Assembly: GCA_002633005.1 (NCBI GenBank)
Contig: NMRA01000200.1
Coordinates: 60,430-124,429, forward strand
Direction of reading: 5' to 3'
Source: Phoronis australis
Taxonomy: Eukaryota > Animalia > Phoronida
Length of the DNA: 64,000 nucleotides
The position numbers and the translations under genes were made by a program. Below, one piece after another: positions 38,001-50,000 of the stretch (within the stretch, counting starts at the first letter, position 1; each line of letters starts with the position of its first letter). Below the pieces are notes generated by a model. It saw only the letters and a list, made by a program, of their open reading frames with translations. It made no database searches and was not told where the DNA came from.

Positions 38001-41000
38001 TCATCCGTGTCCATCAAGGTCGGCCACGCCTTGAGGTCAACAATAGCCACTGCTTCCTATGAGTGAATCAAACACAACATAACATCACACAAGACAGGCA
38101 AAGTAAGCAACGATAAGTAGAGACAAATTCATCGCTTTACATCGCAGATGTATATTTACAATTGCTAATTCTACAGGTATTATCATTTATTATTAATATC
38201 AATCAAATGCAAAGTATTTAATAGAAGTTTGGACTCTAGCCTCTCACACATCCTTATTGAGGACTCACTTTCTCAGCAGTTCAGTACCACATCAAAATCC
38301 CATTAACTGATATCAAACAGTTTCAGTACTACATACCTTTGACCTGAAGAGCTTGATGACGCTGGCTATGGTGAGCACCGCTGAAGACTTGCTCACTTCC
38401 ACCACCATTTTGACTGTGGGTAGGGTGGTGGCGATGTTCTGGGGGTGGGGCGGCCGTATTGTCACCGGTACCAGACCTGCGGTGGAAAAGAAGACACGAT
38501 GAGCATCAATCAAACAGTTCGATGCCTAACCTGCCACCTATCCTGTCCTGAAAATCTAATTGAACGGGCCACAATACAGAACTATACAGCATTAATAGAA
38601 GACTAACCCACATCAGACGATGGCACGTCGGGCAAAACAAGTCAGCACTGGCAAAGCACTGCTAGACAGCAGGCAGTCACGTGTTGCACTTGCAACACAG
38701 ACGGGCAGATTGTGAAAAACACGTTTTGAAGTGCAAACTGAATCTGTACCATAAAAGCACGTGATTACAAAGAATAAGCTACATTTCGCCCTGTTTAGCA
38801 GAATTCCCTTTCTGTGACCAACAAGAACATTGATACCACCAGCGCTTATAGGGGTTAGCCCACATTAAAATTGTAATGTGCGTATTGCCTGTGATATGAG
38901 TAGGTAGCGCAAATCGAATCTTACCATGGAAAGGATTAATATGAGACTAATTTCATAGGAGTAAAAGGTTCAATTCAATTTTCGTTTTTAGCCAGCTTAA
39001 CGGGGCGAAAAGACCTTAAATCCAAAACAAAATATTCCTGATGCCCAAGTACTACAACAGTACTACTTAAATGATCAAAACCTGTTACAGTTTTAGGCTG
39101 AAAATGAGACATGATATCACAATCAAATTTCAAGCATCCGAAAAATATTGATTCAACATATTTTAAGAAGGTGACCACATGACCTAAAAACAATGAAAAT
39201 ACAAGCTAAATCGACAATAACAATGCCAGGCCGAATGTACCACCCGAACTCACCGACATAGAGACAACCGTAGAAGGCGGCGATGAGGTCGATGCCCGGT
39301 GGGTAGACAAGTGCCACGTGATCTCCTGCATTGAGGCGACCCTTTTCCATTAGAAGGGCGCCAATGCGCTCTGACTTCTTGTGCAGCTGGCTACAGGTGA
39401 TGGAGAGACCAGCCTGTGCCTTGGCAGTGGCCAGAGTGAAGATGATGTGGTCAGGGGTGGTGGACGCTCGCCAGCGGAGGATCTCGGACAGGAATTGCTG
39501 CGAAGGTGATAAGGTTAGAGTGAGATGACAAACATATTGGACGTTCCATCACATCGGAATTAGATAAAACACTGACAAGAATTAATGGATCAACTTCACA
39601 AATTGTTGTCAACATACGTAATGTATTTTGAATTATGAATATGTGGAACAAATGTCTTCATAAACAATACAATTCCAAGTGTCTTCATTAGTCTTATGTA
39701 AGATATAGTTCAGAATTAGTTGGAGCCTTGTACAGAAGATTTAGTGCTTAAACTGGCAGACAAGACAAGAAGTTCAAATAACTCGTTAAGAACGGGCTTT
39801 AGTCATTTACCACTGTCACAAATAAAACATTTAGTTGTGATCATTACCCTTTTGGCAGCATCCCAGGCATCGTCTGAACTGCCCAGTTCTCGGCCCTGGG
39901 CCCAGGACATGCGAGCACCCTGCACAATATTGCCAACGTACATTGCAGACGGACCCACCTCTGCAATACAGATATCAATCATTGAACAAGGTCCTGAATA
40001 AGCAACACCTATGAATAAGCAGAGATCAAGGCGCCTCAATAAGCACAGATCAAGGCCCCTGAACAAGCATGGAGTGAGTTTCATGTTAACCCCTGCTATT
40101 CTTTGCAGACTTTAAGCAACTCTTTAAAACAATAAACAATAATGAATCCTTCACCACCCATCAATAGCAACAATCTGAGAAACAATTAGACAGTTCAGGG
40201 CTTGGAATGACCACCAACAATTAGACAGTTCAGGGCTTGGAATGACCAACAACAATTAGACAGTTCAGGACTTGAAATGACCAACAACAAAAAAGAGGAA
40301 AATTTTCCAGGTGATGTATCGTTCCACAAATAAATAGGCTTGTGTGATAGAAATATTTTTGTTTTGTAACATTTAACAGAAATAAACATGTTTGCATTAA
40401 TAGCCAAAATAATGATAAAAATAGACGAAAAAAGAGGAAACGGGAAACCAAATAAGAGGAAATCGAAACCAAAAAGAGGGAATTCTCTTAAAAGAGGAAA
40501 ATTCCAAACCCCGACAGTTATTAGAAATAGTACGACACGATCTCACCTCCTGTCCTGACCTCGCGAGGTTTAGGTAGGTTAGTGACACAAGTGTGAGGGC
40601 ACATGAGTACATTGGCCGGGTGGAGACTGCCCTCTAGGAACTTTTTCTTCGTCTCGTACAGGTGAATGCCTCCTAGTGGTGTCTAGAGCAAACCACAAAA
40701 GAAAAGATATTTAACACTTCACAATGTCAAATGACACCACAGAGAAACAAAAGAAGATTGTTTAGGAGCAAGTGAATGCCTAACAGTGGCCATAGTGCAT
40801 CAGATCACAAACATTAATGAGCTCCTAAAATTACAATAATCAGATGCTTTTCAATATAATGTCGGGGGCTAACAGAACACAAGAGCTTCCATGACACAAA
40901 TGAGAAGTTGACTGCATTACAAGAATACTTTCTAGGAGAGACTGACTTTAATCCAACATTCTAGTAACTACTAAAAAGGCACTGCACGAAATTTTGATCA

Positions 41001-44000
41001 AATGCATGTGCTTCAATCTACACCCAGGCTTGCTAATTGCTATTCTAGGCAAACGTGTGTCACTGGAGATGTGTTATGACAAACGTGTGTCACTAGAGGT
41101 GCGTTATGACAAATGTGTGTCACTGGAGATGCGTTATGACAAACGTGAGTCAGTTATGACATACGTGTGTCACTAGAGGTGTGTTATGACAAACGTGTGT
41201 CACTAGAGGTGCGTTATGATAAACTTGTGTCATTTAGAGGTGCCTTATGACAAACTTGTGTCATTTAGAGGTGCCTTATGACAAATGTGTGTCACTAGAG
41301 GTGCGTTATGAGAAACGTGTGTCACTAGAGGTGCGTTATGAGAAACGTGTGTCACTAGAGGTGCCTTATGACAAATGTGTGTCACTAGAGGTGCCTTATG
41401 ACAAATGTGTGTCACTAGAGATGCATTATGCCAACAATGTAATCCAAGTCTTATTCCCAAGACATCATATTCAGCCAGATGTCTGTTACCCAACAATATA
41501 ATCCAAGTCTTATTCCCAAGACATCATATTCAGCCAGATGTCTGTTACCCAGCGTGGAAGGAATGTCTGGCAACCTTGGCTTCAGCGCTCAGCTCCTCCC
41601 AAGAAACTGCACAACTGTCAATCACTCACCTTGGGCAGGTAGTTGGGCGGGACTAGAGCCAAGCAGTAGACGCCCACTTGGTGTATACTGTCTACAGCCT
41701 GCAAGACTCGACTCATCCATTGGAAACTCTGCAACAAGCAATGAACAAGTACAACTGTTGTTTGCCAAGTCTCCCATCATGCAACATTCCAAATAATTTT
41801 TCTCTTAAGTGAAACAAACATACCCACTCTTAAGTGAAACAAACATACCCACTCTTAGGTGTAACAAACATACCCACTCTTAATTTGACATGAAAGATCG
41901 CAACAGAATGGCACTTTGTCATCTGCAATTAAATTTGAGCGTCCCTGGTCAAAAACGCCCGTCAAATCAGGGGCCCAATTCTTGTAAATTAACGACACAC
42001 AACACCATATTGTGGCAAGCGCTGGAAGTAACAGTAAATAATTACCTCCTCTTCAGAACAGTCAGGTCTTTGTTCAGCAATGATTGTAATTCGTTCATCT
42101 CTTAGCACCTTCATGGAAAATACGGCAATTCTAAAAAAAAAGTGAGTAGAAACAAAAAATTCGGATTAATATTTATTTATTTAGTAAATGTTTCATTGCA
42201 AGTAAATAGGCAACACAGAGACTGTGCATGGGTAGTGGGTGGAGTTTTGCCTGTCCATCTATTGCAAACAGCCACTAAATGAATGACAGCACAGTGCCAC
42301 CTGTGGTCTAATCTCTGTATTTGAAACTTGACTTGAAAATTCAACGACTGCATGGCACAGTTTGAATAACTTTGCACATTCGTAATCAAACCAAGCCAAG
42401 CGAGTCGCAATCAGGAGATTAAGACTGTGGACCCTCATCCTGTTGACATACATCTTAAATCAACAGGCAGACATCAAACACCATTTGGTCTTCCACCAAA
42501 GGATTATGAATTAGAAACAAATCCCAACATCAAATATTTCTCAACATCAATCGCTAAACTCACAGCTGGCACCTTTAGTTCATAGACAATTACGACACAT
42601 CACTCAGTTCTTTAAAGTATCATTACATTTTTTTCTCCATGTAGATCCTTACCTGCCTCTGTAGATAAACTTCATGGGCTCCACAGCCAGTACAGTGGCA
42701 ATCACGTCGTCCATATTATGCCGCCGCCCGGTGGAGAGCATCAGACCCTCTCGGCTACCACAGATAAAGATCAGGCCTCCCTGCAACAGATCGGAGTCAT
42801 TGTACATTCAAGAGGTGATAGAAAACTCTGTATGATGAAGACTGTGTGATAGAAAACTGTGTATGTTGAAGACTGTGTGATAGAAAACTGTGTATGATGA
42901 AGACCATGTGACAGATGTACATTCAAGAGGTGATAGAAAACTGTGTATGATGAAGACCATGTGATAGAAAACTGTGTATGATGAAGACCATGTGATAGAA
43001 AACTGTGTATGATGAAGACCATGTGACAGAAAACTGTGTATGATGAAGACCATGTGACAGAAAACTGTGTATGATGAAGACCATGTGATAGAAAACTGTG
43101 TATGATGAAGACCGTGTGACAGAAAACTGTGTATGATGAAGACCATGTGATAGATAACTGTGTATGATGAAGACCATGTGACAGATAAGCCATGACAGAC
43201 TGTGCAGCTACCATCCAAAATATCAAAAATAACAAAGCTGAAAAAAATTCATCACAAATGTATGGTGTTATTCTGAACACTTAATATCTAACTTGGCGTA
43301 CTCAACCAAATATGGTTTTCCAATAAAAGCAAGAAGTCGAGTTTTACCATGAATTTCAACCATACTGTGGTTATGTTTAAATTCTTGACGATACTGAGGC
43401 TAAAGACAGACGTCATGAACTGTCAAAAGTTAATAAAAATTTAATTAATGACAATTTTAAAACATACTTCAAGTTGGTTAAGAAATAATAATTATCAAAC
43501 AATACTCATGACTAACATGTAAGACAGGTTTCTTAAGCAGGACAGACAAAGCCAATTAAAGCTTACACAAGAGCACACTAAATGAGGGCTGTTCCAGTAA
43601 AATCTGTATGGGAGGGGGGGGAAGGCACTTTTTTTTTGCACCCACCACCCATACTTTTCATTTTTTTCTTAAACCCACCACCTATAATTTTTTATAAGTA
43701 TGAAATGCAACCACCCATAATTTTTTTTAAAAATTTTTATGATCATTGTNTATAAAATTACAACCTACCATTCATCGCATGGGATCTCGCTCGACCTGTT
43801 GTATGCAACCTACCACTCATGGCGTGGAAACTGGCTCCACCTGTTAAACACAACCTACCATTTATCGCATGGGATCCGGTTCCACCAGCTGAGCATTTGG
43901 CTGTGACCTTGAGGTTCCAGGTTCGATGCCGTGCTTTGGCTGATCACAGATGACCAATATTTTCTCCTATAATTTCCCCTTAACAGTGAAAACCTGCAAC

Positions 44001-47000
44001 AATAACAAATTTTGAAAATGAAAATGTCACCTATTGAAGTCCGTTAGGAAATCCAGGTTATCCTGAGAAAAGGACAGGAGTTTAAGTGTGTCCCACAGAA
44101 GGAGATACCCCTACTTGTTGCATAACAATGTCCGATAGTGTAACATATTAGTTTAATAGTGCAAATTCTTCTGTTTAGTTGCTGAAGGTTAGCAAGTCAA
44201 CTTTATGTCACAGAATATCTCCCAAGAATTTCCTTACATTAATAACGCTAATTGTCTTATTGCTGGTCTTGTTGTAGACTCTACGAGGTGCTATGTGGAG
44301 GGGCAAAGACTGTTCTGACACCAACAAAAGCGTTTATCCCGGCAGACGACCAATCAACTCTGATGTTTGGTACGATTCCAACTGCAATGGCATTCATGTA
44401 GGTTACCGTTCTTCTGTCCTTTCGTGAATTATATTGCGATACCGTGTCTGCTTAATTCTGAAGTGATAACATACAAACAATTAATTTTGAGAACAAATTA
44501 GGTGATCTTTGTCAGTTTAGGGCTGTTCCAGTAAAATCTGTGTGGGAGGGGGGGGGAAGGCACTTTTTTTTTGCACCCACCACCCATACTTTTCATTTTT
44601 TTCTTAAGCCCACCACCTATAATTTTTTATAAGTATGAAATGCAACCACCCATAATTTTTTTTTTAAATTTTTATGATCATTGTCAGCAGTCACGAACTT
44701 AGCGCATTTCTAAGTTTTGTAACAGAAATCTCACACATCGTTTTCTTCTCTGCACTAAGAAGTTTGCTGTTTTTTACTAAAACTGCTTCACAAATCTTTA
44801 CTGGGGTCAGCAACTAGAGCCGCACGTTGGAGTCCCCATTACAGTTTTAGGAGCTAGTGATTGCAAGAGGAACTAACAAAAATGATAATAATTAAATTTA
44901 TTTCAAGCACTTTGAAAATACATGTATTTAAGACTGCACAACAGTATGTCATATAAACTAACACCAGAACTTTCCCAGAAGGGTTGAGGGTGTATTCGGA
45001 AAATGGCAATTTTCTAACCTTTCACAAAATAATAAGTCTGGCCTCATAAATGAATCGAAAAATACTATCACAAGTAATGCTTTTCTACTTAAATTTGTCT
45101 GGTACATGCGCATATAAACCAACTGGCTGACTAAATAACACACTTTGGGTGATGGTTTGACAACAATCCCACTAACAAAATATTAAACTAGTCTTAACTC
45201 TACTGTATATTTTATATACAAAGATGGCGTAAACAATCTCAATGGAGGATGCTACTAGTGATTTTGTTTGACTTGTGCACAGGCTTTGTGCAAAAACGTG
45301 AAAGCATTTGAGGCAGGAAATTAACTGTATGCTCAGATTCAGCAAAAGCATATGCCTCATTATTCGTCTTCCCAGTTTATGAGTGTCAACACTGAATTCA
45401 ACAGTGCTAAAATGACCTCTACATACTGAGACGGATCTTGACAGTAGCAGAAACTAAAAAGACAGTAAGTTTTCCTATGGCTGACTGAACTCAGATATAC
45501 ACTGTTCATGGGTTATTCCTAGTTCTTCGAGTTTTATGCACCAACACTAACCTCAATTGTGAAATTATTTTGTTGCCAGAAAGAAAAAACAGTATGCCTA
45601 AAGTACGGGTATGGTTAACATAACTGTATTTTTGTGTTTTAACTGAATATTTTCTGGGAATTCCTGCACCTCACTAGACTTAAATATTGTTTTTGACTTG
45701 TCTCGTGTATACACACTGCAAGTGCATCAGTTTCCATTTTGATGTAAGTAGGCACTTAATACTTTATTAGCATACCAAAGATTTGTTTAATGTACTTTGA
45801 AGCACTAGAAATTTTCTGGCCTCGTACTCCTTACTCATTCTGTCACTTGCAGTTTTGCTTAATATGTCATTTCTGTAAATGTCTTATTTCTAGTGAATCA
45901 CTAATTTCACAAACTTTACTTGAAAAAACATTAACCTATCAATATCTATTGTAGACTGTTTTCCACTGAAGAAATGTTGGATTGTTATTTGAGCACCACA
46001 TGAAAGGCTTTTTGGGGTGCTTGATTGAGCTTTTGAACCCTCTGACACAATTGGTGCTTGTGAATGCAGAGCATGTTTAGCCTTCTTGAAAAGCACTCGA
46101 GGACCTAGCATCGGAATTAGCGTAGACAACTCTTCGTCAGTCAGCACATCCATAACCTGGCCTGTAATTCCTTGTTCTGGAAAACAATTTTTGCAAGCTG
46201 TAATTGCTAAAAGCATCACCTTCACACTAAAATGTCTTGATTTCGGGCAAAATTCTAACCTTCCAAATTCAACTATTCCATTATTCAGAACACAAAGAAT
46301 AAGATCAGTTTTAGTACTGCTATGTACAACTAAGTATTACTTTATTAATATTCCTAAAACTCAATAATTGACAATTTTCAGACATCGCTCATCATTAATT
46401 CTCTATGAAATACAATAGTCAAAAAATGGTCATGGTTTAAAGTGGAAAATGACAAGAGATTAAGGTGAACAAGTCACAGTCACAGTCACACACAACAGTC
46501 TTCCCTGTCCTGTTTCTGCAGAAATTAAAACAAGAGTCATAGCTCAACATAGACGACACAGTGAAAATATGGGGCAGAATTAGATTGCAAATTATGCACA
46601 ATATGCACTGCGGCACCAGCTAGTAATAGCTTTTTTTCAAAGGCACATAATGCCTAGAGAGTAAGCCAAGGCCAGTCTGAGGTCAGACATCTTTACACAA
46701 CAAATTCATCTAACAGTAATATGGAACGGACAATGATTTTTTAATCAAGTTTAAAATTGTCATAGTGGAAATCTGATGGAAAATAAATGTAGTACATGTT
46801 GCATACAAGAAAACGGAGAATGTCGTGCTGTATTTAATGTAAAAACGCAAATAGTGATCCAAAATTCAAAAACTGTACCGTGCAAAATCATTCATCAGGT
46901 TGTATAAATGTTGTCAGTCCTTAAACACGTCATCAAGTACTTACCACGGAACGTGTTCTCCAAGTCTCCAAGTCCAGACTTTTTAAGCCAGTCAGAAACT

Positions 47001-50000
47001 TCATCAACATTCCACTGTGCAACAAATAAAAACATAGCTTTAAGTACTTAATTCTTCCATCCCTTTGAGGCCCCCTGTCATCAAGCATTCAGTTTATGGG
47101 AATAGAAATAAGTTTAAGCCCATGCAGTGCCATCAATGAAAACTATATGTTTGGGTTCAGGTGAAGCCCTTGAGTTTAAATTTATAGAGTTCCCAATTTA
47201 CCAGAAGATTATGAAAGTGTGGATCAAGTGGACACTTACAGATGTCTAGATTTAGGCTTGGTTTAGTTGAGAACTTCAGCCTCACCTAATATTACCACGT
47301 TGTGGCACTCCTCAGGCAGGGTAAGTGATGTGATAGGATGTGATTTATACCGGATAGGTGCGTTTCAAAAGTGAATAACATTCATGCAGGGAAATCTTCT
47401 GTTTAGCACTATAACTGATGCATACATGAATGCCAGCAAACCATAACAAAACACTGGGGATGAATGATGTCGCCCTAAATGAAACAGTCCAGATAGTACA
47501 GGGGATTTAGAGTTTGATTTTACCCTCAGCTTTGATTACATAAACTAGCAATTCTTGACAACATTAATCGAAGGTTAACCACACCAGTATTCAACTGAAT
47601 CATTAGTCTTGATTTTGCTGAAAATACCTACCGTATTCGCCGTAATAACCGCCTATGCCCCTACAAGCGCCCCCCCCCCCACGCGTTTTCAGACTTTGCT
47701 GAAATAAGCGCCCAGTCCATGAACGTGTGAACAATGACGTACCTACAGTCCTAAAACTCGGCTACAGTAACGTCTTCAATTTATCAAAAAAAATTCTTGC
47801 ACGGGTCTTCTAGACCACCAGCGGCACTGCTACGTTTGAATTTAGCCGTGACTAAGTATACACTAAAAAGTAACGCAGCGCTTCAAAAATAACGCAACAG
47901 CGTTGCTACTCTCGCGACGACCGTGTCCTACTGTCGTCTGACCTTTCAGTACAGACACATCAACTCACTGTCTTACGAATAAAAATAACTCGGTGTTAAA
48001 CGCACGTGGCCGGGAAGCGCGCGCTACATATATGAACCTGTCATCAAAGACATTACTTGGGAACTATCCACTAATGAAACGGGTAGCATAGCATCGGTAA
48101 GAAATGAATATTGGCACTAATTTCCGACAATTTCTAATACACGTTTGCGTTATTTTTGAGAGAGATTGTTTGATTGGTGTTTTTAAGCCGAATATCCGAT
48201 AAAATGACAACTGACAGTGAATACTTACACACCCTTACACCGAAAAATAACTGTCAGATAGTTACGTACGCATCCAGCCACACGGCGACTAATATGGGCC
48301 TTACCGAGACAAATGTCGAAAGTTTTTAGCACGAGACCGGCAAGTGCTGAATGAAACACGCTCTGGTTTAGGCCTACTGCTTGTGCAAATTTCTCTAGAC
48401 ACATTTAGCTAGTTAGATTGCGTGGCTCTGGACAAAAGACGACCTCTGCTTTGGCAAATGAACTCTGGTGACACGCACGCGCTCGCTTACTCACAAATGC
48501 AGACGAACTTCAAAACAAACGTCACGTGACAACAACAGGTGTGTTCGTCCAGACATTTTTCTCGCCGTCATTTGTTGCCGATCATATACATGTAGATGGC
48601 ACGATGTTGCACAGATTTGTACTGTTAATCCAGACTCCAAGGGAACTTAAAAAAAATCTTAGAGACGTTAGAAAACTAACGAAGATTTCAGGTAATTTTC
48701 TTGAGTCGAAACTATTTTTATTCAAGCACTGAAGTCGCCATATAGAAGACGGCGATTTCGAGGCAGTCAGTCGGCGAGTTTTCGCCTTGGGATTTCAGCA
48801 TAATTTTCTGTAAAATGATCGTAATTAAGTAGCAAAGTTTGATAGCAATGCACCACAGTTTTGTTGAAAGTCCGCGGNAGTCAGTCGGCGAGTTTTCGCC
48901 TTGGGATTTCAGCACAATTTTCTGTAAAACGATCGTAATTAAGTAGCAAAGTTTGGTAGCAATGCACCACAGTTTTGTTGAAAGTCCGCGGCATGATTGT
49001 TTCGAATCAATTTGTTGATTTTTATTCCCTACATCGCCCTCAACATCCATGACGTGCCTGGGCGCTCTGTACGTCGGAAAAATTGCTAAGCGCTGTTTTC
49101 TGGGGCGGTTGAACGAAAATCTTGGCTAATACACTGGGATAAAGATTTTTATCGACTTAATTTTTCGTTTTCAAAGTAAAAGTGATGAATGATATACCTA
49201 CACATTATTCACTAATGACAGTACCCAGACTCGAAAGTTGTAAGCTCGAATTTTTGCCGACGCGGACCTTTGTGATGCAGCCGGCCTCAAACGACGCGCC
49301 CATTTCTTACTAAGTGCATCGCCCATTTTTTGCTGCTACGATTTTTATGGCAAAAGTAGGTCTACAACCATTTTTAGTTACCTGTATTGGTGGCCTACCG
49401 AGACATTTTACTCCACTTTCGCGCTCACCTGAAAAACCCTCCCTCTACGAGGAAGCGATCCTAATGTGACGGTCAATGGTCTATTCTACATTTCTTTTAG
49501 CATTCTTCTGAGGATAACTCGATGAAATTAGTAAACTAATTACATAATGACATTAATATATCGGTTACAATAGCCAGCCAGCAAGCTGCATGAAGAATAT
49601 CGTCAAAATACTAAATATTTAGTATGCAACTTTGTAACAAGGCAAGCTCTACAATTACTTTCAGAAACACACGTGGAAATCGACTGGAACGGAACTCCTA
49701 ACTTCACCTATAAACAGTGTTAAAATTTTAAGCACAACTCTAACATAAAATTAGACCTACAGAAAACAATGTTAAAGCGTAACTGTGTAAACAATCTTGA
49801 CCAAAACTCACTCCCACTTCCAATTAGACAACTCAAGTGGCCGACCCGACCAGTGAAGAATGCCACGTGTTCAGGAAATCCACAAAACTATTCTAGAAGT
49901 TAATGCATCACAATTAGTTAAGTTTTCCATTAAAAGAACGGCGTTCTTACATTGAAAGAGAGCAGAAGACGGAAATCGGTCAAAAAGTTCGTCTGCTAAC

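Noticed and set aside
42301-42439. Possible mutually exclusive partner of DIP2 exon 42046-42130 (same phases, cag|GATG..CAG|gtggc)
   Set aside because: Peptide has no similarity to the conserved DIP2 segment and the donor is weak.
43880-43935. tRNA-like sequence with GGTTCGA B-box (similar reverse remnant near 32690-32735)
   Set aside because: No complete cloverleaf can be drawn; at most SINE-head remnants.
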